Shown one piece after another: positions 27,183-37,148 of a stretch of DNA of 64,000 bases. Every line of letters starts with the position of its first letter. The first letter of the stretch is position 1. This stretch comes from a virus. The notes beneath the pieces are model-generated. The model saw only the letters and a program-made list of their open reading frames with translations. It made no database searches and was not told where the DNA came from. The stretch is taken from positions 94,043-158,042 of the IMG/VR virus record IMGVR_UViG_3300009109_000001. One strand, written 5' to 3'. Position numbers and translations under genes: made by a program.

Positions 27183-27647
27183 ATGACTAAAAAATATATT
27201 TACCTTGCTGGCCCGATAGCGCAATGCAATTATCAGGAAGCAAACGACTGGCGCAGTTATGTTCGTGATAAATTACACACAAACATAATTGGAATTTCCC
27301 CACTACGTTGTGAGCCTATGGAAGGAGAAACATACGGCCCAGGTAACGACCCACGTTACAATTCCCCCGGAGCAATAGCGGCAAAGAATTGGTATGACAC
27401 AGAAAAGTGTGATTTAATTCTTGCATATATGCCACGTGAATTAAACCAACGTCGGCCATCTTATGGTACAACTATTGAGATTGGTTGGGCAATTGGTTTA
27501 AAGAAACCTATTATATTAGTAACAGATGATGAGTACTTAACAGAGCATCCTTTAATTAGGGCAAATGTTAATTGGGTATTTGAAGATTTTCAAAATGCTG
27601 TAGATGTTATACATGGATTATTTGACGATTACGTAGGCAATGGATAG
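27183..27647 (+). CDS. nucleoside 2-deoxyribosyltransferase / N-glycosidase family protein
   Basis: IYLAGPI, CDLILA, SYGTTIEIGWA..LKKPII. Confidence 0.85.
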   Translation: MTKKYIYLAGPIAQCNYQEANDWRSYVRDKLHTNIIGISPLRCEPMEGETYGPGNDPRYNSPGAIAAKNWYDTEKCDLILAYMPRELNQRRPSYGTTIEIGWAIGLKKPIILVTDDEYLTEHPLIRANVNWVFEDFQNAVDVIHGLFDDYVGNG

Positions 27648-27846
27648 AACTGAAATACATTGTGTAGATAATGGGCAAGTTGCTCCAGCAGATATTTTAC
27701 ATAAAAATGATAAAATGCTGGAAGTTGCTATTGTAGGCACAGATACCCCTATAAAATTATTTAAAAAAACTCCCGATGCTAAGGTATATCATGGTAGATA
27801 TGCTGGTTTAGAGTTTACATCAACAGGCGAACCACCTAAAACGTAG
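27640..27846 (+). CDS. hypothetical protein
   Basis: ORF track; overlaps the upstream stop. Confidence 0.65.
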   Translation: MDRTEIHCVDNGQVAPADILHKNDKMLEVAIVGTDTPIKLFKKTPDAKVYHGRYAGLEFTSTGEPPKT

Positions 27847-27921
27847 GTTTTTCCGAGTAATATTATTGGTATTTTAACTAAATACTGGTAGATATTACTT
27901 TAATGGAGCAACCTACGTTTA

Positions 27922-28695
27922 ATGAACGATTTTTACGATTTCGCTACACTTCTAATTGATAAAGAAAAAATTGAAAAAGTAATTCAGCGAAAGGCGTCAA
28001 TAATTCAAAGAGCATTTGAAGAAAAACATAAAGCGCCTGAAAGAATTATAAGTCTTGAATTTCATAGTATATTAGTAGATTTTGCCTTACAAGGTTTAGA
28101 TGTAAGTTATATTTCTGAGAATAAAAAACTTGTCAAATATGTAAATAATTTGTGTAAGGAATTTGATGTTAAAATTAAAAATCACAATATGCCATTAGAT
28201 GCATTTTGTGTTAAGTATCATATGAATAAAGATAAACAAGAACCATATGATGCTGTATTAGCATTGGATCAATATTTTACATATGCTAATAGTGAAGATC
28301 AACAAAGAACTAATTTACATAATGCGTTGTCTTTATTACATACAGAAGGTATTTTATTAACATCTTTAATGGATTATAAGAATATTAAATTCAATAATAA
28401 AATGTTTACTGAACCATTTTATATTAGTACTGCTGGAGTAGAATATATATTAGTATCTTATAGAAAATGGGATCAGGAAGATAGAAAGAAGTGGATGCAC
28501 TATTCTTATGCTATTGATCAAACAAATAAAAAAATGACAGTATTTGAACCACAACAACGTCAAGCAATGTTTTTTAAACAACTGGCATATCATACTGCTT
28601 CAGCCGGTTGGACTAATTTTACAGTGCATAAAAAATTATTGTATAAACCGATATATAGTAATAGTGGTCAGTATATTATATCAGTGACACAATAG
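27922..28695 (+). CDS. hypothetical protein, possible degenerate methyltransferase fold
   Basis: YDAVLALDQYFTY...EGILLTSLMDY. Confidence 0.6.
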   Translation: MNDFYDFATLLIDKEKIEKVIQRKASIIQRAFEEKHKAPERIISLEFHSILVDFALQGLDVSYISENKKLVKYVNNLCKEFDVKIKNHNMPLDAFCVKYHMNKDKQEPYDAVLALDQYFTYANSEDQQRTNLHNALSLLHTEGILLTSLMDYKNIKFNNKMFTEPFYISTAGVEYILVSYRKWDQEDRKKWMHYSYAIDQTNKKMTVFEPQQRQAMFFKQLAYHTASAGWTNFTVHKKLLYKPIYSNSGQYIISVTQ

Positions 28696-28703
28696 GAAAA
28701 ATT

Positions 28704-29594
28704 ATGAGCATAGCAACATTTGAAACATTAATGTCACCAAGTTCTATTAAAATAGAACATATCAATTTTGACGCCAATGATCTAAGTGGTGACTATATAG
28801 ATGGTGGTACGATAACGAATTTTTCCAGTACTGGTATTAAAGATGAAGCGACCAAGCCTGCCTTACACCTAGATGATAATGGTTTAAGTGTTGATAATAT
28901 CACTAGTAATGATATAGAAGTTACTAATATTACAGTTAGTGGTACAATGACTGTAGAAAATCTCAAATACAAATTTACACAAGAAGAGATAGTAGATGGC
29001 ATTCATTTAGGTAAACAAGGATTAATTCATATGGGACATGATACTGTGTTATCTCGTAGTGAATTAGGTCCAGGTATTGCCTTTAGTAATTTAAGGACAG
29101 TGGGACATTTAGAAAAGTTGATTGTAATTGGCAATCTAGATGCAGGATATAGTTTCCACGTTAATTCATTAACCAATCGTGTTGGTATTAATACTTCTGA
29201 ACCTGTTGGCGCACTACATATACAAAATGACAGTGGTGCTGAATTAGTAGTCGATGGTGTAGGTGATAAAAGTTATGTTGGTACTGCTCGAAATACTGAT
29301 TTAGTATTTGGTACTAATATGCTTGGAAGTGAAAAAGCAGTACATATGACAGTTTGTACTGATGGTAATATTGGCATAGGCACTCGCGAACCCACTGCTA
29401 CATTAGAAGTACGTGGTGATATTAAGTTTGATGGTGTCACAATGTCCTCAGGCTACTCTAAACCAAAACCAGGCTGGCATGATAGAAGTGAGATTATTTG
29501 GAATCAAGAGCCAGCAATTGGCCAACCAATTGGTTGGGTTTGTATAGAATCAGGTGACCCTGGCACATGGGCCACATTTGGCACTATCGAATAG
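28704..29594 (+). CDS. tail-fibre-like structural protein
   Basis: RVGINTSEP..LHI, GNIGIGTREPTATLEVRG, C-terminal IGWVCIESGDPGTWATFG. Confidence 0.7.
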   Translation: MSIATFETLMSPSSIKIEHINFDANDLSGDYIDGGTITNFSSTGIKDEATKPALHLDDNGLSVDNITSNDIEVTNITVSGTMTVENLKYKFTQEEIVDGIHLGKQGLIHMGHDTVLSRSELGPGIAFSNLRTVGHLEKLIVIGNLDAGYSFHVNSLTNRVGINTSEPVGALHIQNDSGAELVVDGVGDKSYVGTARNTDLVFGTNMLGSEKAVHMTVCTDGNIGIGTREPTATLEVRGDIKFDGVTMSSGYSKPKPGWHDRSEIIWNQEPAIGQPIGWVCIESGDPGTWATFGTIE

Positions 29595-29644
29595 TTACCT
29601 CCTAAAATTATTTTTTGATAATTAATACTTGAGGTAATTTAATT

Positions 29645-30718
29645 ATGAAAAAGTATATAACTACTTTGGCTGTAGTGGTGTTTTCTATGATATGCTCGCC
29701 CAATATCTATGCATATGATACAAATTATTCACTACACGGACACAGTGCAAGTTTTTTGATGTTAGATAATAAGTGGATGACACTTAATTATCTTCACCCT
29801 AACGCCAACAAAGTCGGTATGAGAAATGCCGCAAAGGCCAATGGCGATACCCACATCTATCTTTACACCAGAAATGGTGGTGACAATGGTGGTGGTTACA
29901 ATCTAGAACAGATAAGTCCCCAACCAGATTGGGAAGCAAGACTAGATGAACTCAACAACATGGGACTCAAACCAGTTTTATGGTTGACACCTGATGACAG
30001 TCCTTCTATCACAAATCAATCCATGGATGCCCAGAAGGCACACTTTAGTAATATGGTTGCTAGGTTTGATGACAAAGTTACAGGATATGTTACTTGCCTA
30101 GAATGTGATGAATATTGGAGTGCCGCTCAAGTGCAGGCTCTAGTAGCACATTTAAAATCAAAAACAAATAAACCTGTTGGTGTGCATTTGACACCAGGTG
30201 TTCAACCGGCATACTTTGCTAATGCTGATTATGTATTTTTACAAACCGGCTTTGGTAAGACAGCAGAACAAGTAAAGGCCATGGTGGCTCATGCAATTGC
30301 AGTAACTGGTAAACCAGTTGTTGCGTCCGAGTACTCATTTGAAAGTAGATCAGCGAACGCTAGAGCATTAGGTGATGCGGCGTGTGCGGCAGGTGCAATA
30401 GGTACAGGTAACGGTAGAAGTATTACACTGTGCGGTGCAGAAGAGCCGCCAAAAAAGAAAAACAGAGATGCTGAAACAGCAATGGCAGTTGCTGGTGTTG
30501 CTTTAATCGCCGTTGGTGCATATTATTTGCATACTAACTATGATTTTGAATTGAAAATGGATTTAACAGACAATTATCAACTATATGGCACACAGAAAAC
30601 ATTTAACTTGTTTGAAAAAAATGATAATTCATTAAATTTTAAGATGGAATTATCCCATACTACAGCAGATGATTTTAATGAAAACAAAATCTTTTTTGGT
30701 TTCACTGGTACTTTCTAG
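29645..30718 (+). CDS. exported TIM-barrel glycoside-hydrolase-like protein (paralogue 1)
   Basis: Signal peptide; LKPVLW, CLECDEYW, KPVVASEYS; hydrophobic segment and beta-rich C-terminus ending in F. Confidence 0.6.
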   Translation: MKKYITTLAVVVFSMICSPNIYAYDTNYSLHGHSASFLMLDNKWMTLNYLHPNANKVGMRNAAKANGDTHIYLYTRNGGDNGGGYNLEQISPQPDWEARLDELNNMGLKPVLWLTPDDSPSITNQSMDAQKAHFSNMVARFDDKVTGYVTCLECDEYWSAAQVQALVAHLKSKTNKPVGVHLTPGVQPAYFANADYVFLQTGFGKTAEQVKAMVAHAIAVTGKPVVASEYSFESRSANARALGDAACAAGAIGTGNGRSITLCGAEEPPKKKNRDAETAMAVAGVALIAVGAYYLHTNYDFELKMDLTDNYQLYGTQKTFNLFEKNDNSLNFKMELSHTTADDFNENKIFFGFTGTF

Positions 30719-31802
30719 TATATTACTAGTACCTAGTATCAGTCAAGCATACGATAAAATACACTCGTTGCATGGTGTAAGGTCTTCCTTTTTATTAGGT
30801 AAGATAGGACCTTTCACTAACGATCAGTCAAAGAAGTTTAATACAACCTTAATGTATTTGTCTAACACTTGGACAGATGCAGAACGAGCAACCTTTAGAC
30901 AACGATTAACCAATACTGGTGACACACATATTGATATGTATGTTCGTGCCACCAGAGGTCATCTGCCTGGTGGCATAGTAAATCCTAATGATGATTTCCG
31001 ACAAAGACTCATAGAACTAAACCAGTCGGGACTAAAACCTGTATTGTGGATGACACCCGAATCTGCACATAGAGATTGGAAGGGTGATGCTACACATCAT
31101 AAAGCGTTTATGGAAAAAATTATTAGACTTTATGATGATCAAGCATCTGCATATGTTGCTTGTTTAGAATGTGATGAGTACTGGACACCTGAACAAGTAA
31201 ATGACTATGTTGCTTTTATAAAGTCAAAGACAAATAAACCTGTTGCTGTGCATTTGTCAGATGGTGTTGGTGGTTATAAAAAAGATACACGATATTACAC
31301 TAATGCAGACTACATCTACTTACAAATAGGTGGACACACAACAGGCGATTACATATCAGATACAGAGACAGCAAAAAGAATGTTGACTGAGGCATTGACA
31401 CTTGGCAAACCAGTAGTAGTTTCTGAGTATTCGTTATTCAGCGAGTCGGCACAAGCAAAAGCATTAGGTGATTTAATGTGTTCTATGGGTGCCGTAGGCA
31501 CAGGTAATGGTAGAAGTATTACATATTGTGGGCATGAGGATGCCCCAACAAAGAAAAATGATAAGACTATGGCAATATTAGGTATAGGTGTTGCAATTGC
31601 CGCAGTATATTTCTATCAACAACAATTTAAAGAAATGCCTTTTAACTTTACCCTTAATGGAAATGAAGATTATCAAATATATGGAGCAGAAAAAGTATTT
31701 GGAATAACTGATAGTTTAGAATTTGTTATGAACTATGATTATGAAATTGCTGAACAATATGAAGATAATGTAATACAATTCTCTATTAGAGGTAGATGGT
31801 AA
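30678..31802 (+). CDS. exported TIM-barrel glycoside-hydrolase-like protein (paralogue 2)
   Basis: Same motifs as the upstream gene; C-terminus ends in W. Confidence 0.6.
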   Translation: MKTKSFLVSLVLSSILLVPSISQAYDKIHSLHGVRSSFLLGKIGPFTNDQSKKFNTTLMYLSNTWTDAERATFRQRLTNTGDTHIDMYVRATRGHLPGGIVNPNDDFRQRLIELNQSGLKPVLWMTPESAHRDWKGDATHHKAFMEKIIRLYDDQASAYVACLECDEYWTPEQVNDYVAFIKSKTNKPVAVHLSDGVGGYKKDTRYYTNADYIYLQIGGHTTGDYISDTETAKRMLTEALTLGKPVVVSEYSLFSESAQAKALGDLMCSMGAVGTGNGRSITYCGHEDAPTKKNDKTMAILGIGVAIAAVYFYQQQFKEMPFNFTLNGNEDYQIYGAEKVFGITDSLEFVMNYDYEIAEQYEDNVIQFSIRGRW

Positions 31803-31831
31803 TTGACATATTAAACTAATTATGTTATAGT
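31803..31831 (+). promoter_or_regulatory. sigma70 promoter, predicted leaderless start
   Basis: TTGACA-N17-TATAGT, 6 nt before ATG 31838. Confidence 0.7.
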
Positions 31832-31837
31832 AACACT

Positions 31838-32056
31838 ATGCAATATGAAATTAAATCCGGGAAAACTTTGTATATGACTCATGCAAGTTCTCCCGCAGAA
31901 GCAGTTCAACATTTTAAGTCATCTATTGGAAATTTGCCTGTTGATTTTGTTAATTGTGTAGGAAATGGATCAGTGCTAGATAATGTTATAAGTAATTTTG
32001 AAAGGGAAAAAGAATCCTATTTTGATATAATTACATTTAATCATGACAAGTATTGA
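31838..32056 (+). CDS. hypothetical protein
   Basis: ORF track; own promoter. Confidence 0.55.
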   Translation: MQYEIKSGKTLYMTHASSPAEAVQHFKSSIGNLPVDFVNCVGNGSVLDNVISNFEREKESYFDIITFNHDKY

Positions 32057-33035
32057 TATTATAATTCCTCAAGGAACTATACATATAGAACTTTTGGATA
32101 ATCCATTTGTTAAAAAATGGACAGAGCATTTCTGTAATATGCAAAAAGCATATGATATGGATTATCATACTGAAACACAGCCAGTTTATAATATTCTTAA
32201 AACTAATCAAGAAATATTAAAAGATTTGGCAAATTTAAGAAATACTATTATTAAACTTCGAGATATGGGTACAAATTTTCCATTTGATCCATGGAAAGTT
32301 ACATATGAAAAGATTTTTCCTAATCATGATGCAGGGCAACAAACACTGAATGAAATACATCGGTATTTTACCACTGGTGGCAGAACATTAAATGAATATG
32401 AAAATCTTGGTATTCTTAATACTGGGCATTGGTCAGATGATTTTGATTCTAAATTTACTTTTGATAAAGAAAATGAAGAAGAATTTAAACATACACACGC
32501 CTTGGTTAATGATTATGTACATGAACTTGATCAAAGTATTTTAACTTCGAGAAAAGATATGGATTTTAAAAATCAAGCAGTTAATTTGCAATTTGAATTC
32601 GGAAGTCAAAAGAAAGATTGTCGTTTTGATAAAGGTACATTTGTTAATATTGTTGAAGATGATTATATGTATGCAGATGACGAAGTAGATATTGATGTTT
32701 GGTGTGGTAATGATATATTAGGAAAAGATTATATAGAAGCATATTATGATCATGACGATCCTTCTCAATGGGATGTTACTCCAATTGATGGACATAGTGG
32801 AAAGTTTAAAATTAATGTTAGTTCTCAGTGGTATGAAGAAGATAGTACTGATAATACTTTGCAACAATTAGTAAAAAGTGATAATTTTCAAAATTGGCTT
32901 AAGGAACATAATATAGAATATACGCCAGAAATGTGTGGTATGCCATTAGGTAAGGTAGTTAATGGTAAAGAATTAGCAACACGTGATAATTTTCAACAAC
33001 CACCTATATATTTTGACATTATAGTAAATAATTAA
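32043..33035 (+). CDS. hypothetical protein
   Basis: 330-aa ORF. Confidence 0.75.
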   Translation: MTSIDIIIPQGTIHIELLDNPFVKKWTEHFCNMQKAYDMDYHTETQPVYNILKTNQEILKDLANLRNTIIKLRDMGTNFPFDPWKVTYEKIFPNHDAGQQTLNEIHRYFTTGGRTLNEYENLGILNTGHWSDDFDSKFTFDKENEEEFKHTHALVNDYVHELDQSILTSRKDMDFKNQAVNLQFEFGSQKKDCRFDKGTFVNIVEDDYMYADDEVDIDVWCGNDILGKDYIEAYYDHDDPSQWDVTPIDGHSGKFKINVSSQWYEEDSTDNTLQQLVKSDNFQNWLKEHNIEYTPEMCGMPLGKVVNGKELATRDNFQQPPIYFDIIVNN

Positions 33036-33036
33036 C

Positions 33037-33357
33037 ATGTATAGACCCTTGCCAGATGGTATTACTGTAGGACCAAGTGACATTGAAGGTACTGGTCTTC
33101 TCACAACTAAACCAATTAAAGCAGATGTAGTTTTAGGTATTGTACATATTGCAAATAAGAATTTTCCTCATGGCTATATACGTACTGCGTTAGGAGCATT
33201 CTATAATCATTCTGAAACACCAAACTGTATTACGAAAAATGGCTATTGGCATCAAATTCCTGTAAAATATCTTGTGACATTGCGAGATATTGAAGCAAAC
33301 GAAGAACTCACAGCAAAATATACATTATACACTGTTGATGATTATCCTTGGGAGTAA
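33037..33357 (+). CDS. SET-domain protein (putative protein-lysine methyltransferase)
   Basis: SDIEGTGL, FYNHSETPNC, RDIEANEELTAKY. Confidence 0.9.
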   Translation: MYRPLPDGITVGPSDIEGTGLLTTKPIKADVVLGIVHIANKNFPHGYIRTALGAFYNHSETPNCITKNGYWHQIPVKYLVTLRDIEANEELTAKYTLYTVDDYPWE

Positions 33358-33479
33358 TACGATAGTATATAGTATACTATTTCTTTCTTAAATACCAAAC
33401 TAGGGGTTGATGATTATGGATCACGTGTATCGGGTATATAATTATCGCTGACTAGTTTAGCAACTTATTGGAGAATAAT

Positions 33480-33695
33480 ATGAAGGCAATAGTAATTGCA
33501 GCTTTAATTACAGGTTTTTCAATTAGTTCAGTTTATGCGTCGGACCACGGCGATGCCGCATGGCAAAATCATGTCGGCACAGCAGGCACTCCAGGATCAT
33601 GTGAAATGGTAATGGAAGTTGGCGGTCCAGTTGAAGTTTGCGGTACAATATTCCATGGTCACGAGTTGACAAAGGAAGATTTACTAGCAAAGTAA
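33480..33695 (+). CDS. small secreted protein with C-x12-CGT (paralogue 1)
   Basis: Signal peptide MKAIVIAALITGFSISSVYA; SD GGAG. Confidence 0.75.
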   Translation: MKAIVIAALITGFSISSVYASDHGDAAWQNHVGTAGTPGSCEMVMEVGGPVEVCGTIFHGHELTKEDLLAK

Positions 33696-33750
33696 ACTAT
33701 ATAGCATAATTGAATCATTCGACAATAATAATTAATTGCTAATTAACATG

Positions 33751-33779
33751 GAAAGGGCCCAGAAATGGGCCTTTTCTTT
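33751..33779 (+). terminator. intrinsic terminator
   Basis: GAAAGGGCCCA-GAAA-TGGGCCTTTTC followed by T-rich tail. Confidence 0.8.
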
Positions 33780-33923
33780 ATATACTGCTATAACCCTCCC
33801 CCAAATACACCTTAAATACTACGCTAAGAGTCGATATTGTCATACAACCTTTATTTGGTGAAACATGTGGAGGATGTATTCAAATATTTACTTTTAGTAA
33901 TTTAGCAATTATTGGAGAATAAT

Positions 33924-34136
33924 ATGAAAGCAATAGTTATAGCAGCTATAATTACAGGTTTTTCGATTGGTTCAGTATTTGCTCACGCACCTGAAGGTCG
34001 GCAAGATGCTGACGTTCTACATGCAGGTACCGGTACAGTGTGCTGGACAGATTGGGATCGTGGTGGCGCATATGAACAATGCGGTACTACTGTCAAAACT
34101 GTTGTAGTAGAAGCAGAGGGCGGTCGTGGCGAATAA
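33924..34136 (+). CDS. small secreted protein with C-x12-CGT (paralogue 2)
   Basis: Signal peptide MKAIVIAAIITGFSIGSVFA; SD GGAG. Confidence 0.75.
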   Translation: MKAIVIAAIITGFSIGSVFAHAPEGRQDADVLHAGTGTVCWTDWDRGGAYEQCGTTVKTVVVEAEGGRGE

Positions 34137-34173
34137 ACTGTAAAATTCAATAATAATTAAACGCTAAAGACAC

Positions 34174-34199
34174 GGAGAGGGCCTGATTGGGCCCTTTCC
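34174..34199 (+). terminator. intrinsic terminator
   Basis: GGAGAGGGCC-TGATTG-GGCCCTTTCC hairpin. Confidence 0.7.
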
Positions 34200-34224
34200 A
34201 CTTATCTAATCCATAAACTTGGTT

Positions 34225-34596
34225 TTAACTTATAAGTGTGTCTTTTTTTTCCGAAGAACCATTTTTATGTACGTCACTACGCACTACTTTTTCAAGTTTT
34301 AAAAACGCAAGTCTTTCATTGGGAACATATCTCCAAACTATGCCTCTATCGTTTACTTTTTCAAATACTGTTTTAGTAACGCCAATTGTTATTATAACTG
34401 CTTCTTCACCATCGAGTAATACTACATCACCAGGGTTAAATGCGTTACTTAATTTAAATTTTATTCCTTTTGCTAAAGATGTTGCCCAATCTTTAATCAT
34501 CATTGCCATAATAATGCTTACTAGTATAGTAAGCCAAGGCATTAAAAATGTTGTAAGTTGTAAACTAGTTGCTAGAGATAGTTCTTCGATATTCAT
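34225..34596 (-). CDS. small MscS-like membrane protein
   Basis: TM segment then FNPGDVVLLDG...IGVTKT...YVPNE, resembling the MscS middle beta domain. Confidence 0.6.
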   Translation of the reverse strand: MNIEELSLATSLQLTTFLMPWLTILVSIIMAMMIKDWATSLAKGIKFKLSNAFNPGDVVLLDGEEAVIITIGVTKTVFEKVNDRGIVWRYVPNERLAFLKLEKVVRSDVHKNGSSEKKDTLIS

Positions 34597-34629
34597 ATAT
34601 GAATTTTCCTAATCGTGTAAATATTATTT

Positions 34630-35277
34630 ATGGTAAAGAAAGTAGCATTTTGTATTGGCAATGGGCAATCTCGTAAGGGTTATAATTTAGAAAAATTACG
34701 AGATATTGGGCCATTATATGGTTGTGGTGCGGTTTGGCGAGATAATCATGTAGATAACGTAATTTGTTGTGATAAGTTTAAAGCAAGAGAAGCCGCAGAA
34801 CATCATGTAGAAATGCGTTCAAATTTTTATACTAGAGCAGAGTATATACCGCATTTAGAAGCAGTAGGTATTAAACCACTGCCATCACTTCCTTATTTTG
34901 GATTAGAGCCACACGAACAACCTGCAGGTTGGGATAGTGGATTATATGCTGTGCATACTGCTATACATGAAGAAGCAGATGTAATAATGTTGCTTGGTTA
35001 TGACTTTTATGGATGGGGTAACAACCAAAGTAGAGTTAATAACATATATAAAAGAACAAAGAATTATAATAAAGAGAAAAAACCACGTGATCCAATTACA
35101 TGGATTAAACAGTTTCAGTTATTGTTTAAAACGCACTATACAGTAACATTTATTTTTATAAAACCTGAGAAATATCCACATCCGCCAGAATTTGATTCGT
35201 GGAGGTATGTATTGTTTGATACGTATGAGGGGTTGGATAAGTTTGTTGAAACGAAGTTAGAGGATATACACGGATAA
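34630..35277 (+). CDS. hypothetical protein with IGNGxSR motif (nucleotide-sugar transferase-like fold)
   Basis: AFCIGNGQSR, YGCGA, DSG..A, MLLGYDF. Confidence 0.65.
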   Translation: MVKKVAFCIGNGQSRKGYNLEKLRDIGPLYGCGAVWRDNHVDNVICCDKFKAREAAEHHVEMRSNFYTRAEYIPHLEAVGIKPLPSLPYFGLEPHEQPAGWDSGLYAVHTAIHEEADVIMLLGYDFYGWGNNQSRVNNIYKRTKNYNKEKKPRDPITWIKQFQLLFKTHYTVTFIFIKPEKYPHPPEFDSWRYVLFDTYEGLDKFVETKLEDIHG

Positions 35278-35279
35278 CG

Positions 35280-36728
35280 TTATTTCTTCTTGGTTTTTCT
35301 CGTTCTTGGGTTTTTCTTTTCTCTAACTGTTGTTAATTGTGTTAATAGTTTTTCTTTTTCTATATAATTTCGAAGATAACCACTTTTCACTTGCATAAGT
35401 CTTATTGAGAGAAGTAATTCCTGTTTTCCAATGAAATTTTCTATTTGAGAGTCAGGATATTTTTCTACGTCTGTTGCATCATAAATTATTAGTTTAGGTA
35501 AGTTGCCTTTCTGATAAAGAACGTCTGTTGCTAGATCAATATTTGATAATTTCTCATCTAGTTTTTTAAAATCTAACAAGTAATATCCGCCTGCTGTTGA
35601 GTCATGAAATTGTACTAATTTAACATTTTTTTGGTTTAATGTTCCAAAATAGTTAATACCACCGTTACCATCTGCACCATGTAACAATTGTTTTAAAAAT
35701 TTTCTTTCACTTGAATTGCTATCTTGTTCAAGTAATTGATTCATTACTTTACTTACATATTCATATGATTTAGATATTGCATTTATTATATTTTTAGATC
35801 TTATAAAATTTTCCCTGACTGGTTCTATATCTATACCAAATATACGCCAAAGTTCTTTTTGGTACTCAAATCTTTCGTCTAATGATAAATTAACAGCGCC
35901 AGCACCTTTTTGCCCAAATTGTTTAGTAGTACCCACTTTAACAGATAAATCAAAATGTACTAATTTACTACCAGGTTCGTCACGAGAAGTATATTCCATA
36001 TAAATGTCTGTCTTACTGCCAACTTCATCACTTATGCCATCTGATGTAATTGTAACAACATCAGGTTTTCCATTTGCTTCAAAGTATTTTGCATATTGGC
36101 CAACTCCCTTGTCATTAACATACTGAACAATACCTTTTACAATGTTTCCCATATAACTGTCAAATATTTTAGGATCTATAAATCCATTCCAAGTTGGTGG
36201 TTTTAATTTTACAACAAGTCTTACGTCATCTACAATATTACTATTTGCTAAATCGGGCAAATTACCACGATTGATAGTTCCATTATTTAATCCTAGTTCA
36301 TTTACGATACTTTTTACATCTGCTACTGATATAGGTTCTGTAGGTCGTTTTATCATTCTAGCAAACGTAGCGGCGCCAAAGACACCTTCAGCCATTTCTC
36401 CTCTATTAGGATTACCCGCTTTCCCGCCAAAGTCAGCAGTTTTGAGTAAAGACTGTGAAGTAATTTCCTGACCAGATTTTGTTTTTAATACTATCTTTGG
36501 AAAGTTTTTTCCTTGTGCTTTAGTTTCTTTTGCTACTTTTACTTGATTTATTACATCATTATATGTGCTAGGATCAATAACAACGGTGCCTCCACCAACT
36601 AACTCAAAAGGTATGCCTTGTCTAATGTAATCTAAAAATTTAGCAGTACGGTCGTCATAGCCAGACTTAAACAGTTCATTAGATCTTAAGTCTGAAGATT
36701 CGGAAATGAAAAATTCATGATACTTCAT
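35280..36728 (-). CDS. protein with capsid-targeting-like N-terminus and possible PD-(D/E)xK nuclease core
   Basis: MKYHEFFISE; NRGEMAE...KTDI...LSVK. Confidence 0.6.
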   Translation of the reverse strand: MKYHEFFISESSDLRSNELFKSGYDDRTAKFLDYIRQGIPFELVGGGTVVIDPSTYNDVINQVKVAKETKAQGKNFPKIVLKTKSGQEITSQSLLKTADFGGKAGNPNRGEMAEGVFGAATFARMIKRPTEPISVADVKSIVNELGLNNGTINRGNLPDLANSNIVDDVRLVVKLKPPTWNGFIDPKIFDSYMGNIVKGIVQYVNDKGVGQYAKYFEANGKPDVVTITSDGISDEVGSKTDIYMEYTSRDEPGSKLVHFDLSVKVGTTKQFGQKGAGAVNLSLDERFEYQKELWRIFGIDIEPVRENFIRSKNIINAISKSYEYVSKVMNQLLEQDSNSSERKFLKQLLHGADGNGGINYFGTLNQKNVKLVQFHDSTAGGYYLLDFKKLDEKLSNIDLATDVLYQKGNLPKLIIYDATDVEKYPDSQIENFIGKQELLLSIRLMQVKSGYLRNYIEKEKLLTQLTTVREKKNPRTRKTKKK

Positions 36729-37036
36729 TAATTCTTTGCGCCCTGTTTTATTTTTTCAAATTCTTTCTGTAATTCTTTAGTATAATTTTTACCAGATTTT
36801 TCTAAATTAGGATCTATTTTTCCAGTAGTAATAGTAGTTCCCAATGATTTGTTAAATTTTGTTTCAGCATCAGGCTCTGCTTTATCAGGGCCTTGTTCTG
36901 TATTTTGATCTGCTTTGTTTAATAGTTGTTGCCCAGCATCACGTGCTTCCTTACTCAAAGGACTAACAGGCGTTTCACGTCTATGTGAAATCGTACCCTG
37001 TGGTGTTGCCTCTATTAGAATATCAGAAATTTTCAT
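36728..37036 (-). CDS. hypothetical protein with capsid-targeting-like N-terminus (MKISDILIE)
   Basis: ORF track; TATAAATA upstream on the minus strand. Confidence 0.65.
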   Translation of the reverse strand: MKISDILIEATPQGTISHRRETPVSPLSKEARDAGQQLLNKADQNTEQGPDKAEPDAETKFNKSLGTTITTGKIDPNLEKSGKNYTKELQKEFEKIKQGAKN

Positions 37037-37148
37037 AATACTACCATATTTTGTTTCCTATATTTATACTATTTGTATGCTAATAATAGTTTTGCTATTA
37101 AGTGAAAGGGATTATAAACTAAATATACATAACACAGGAGCGTGATAC

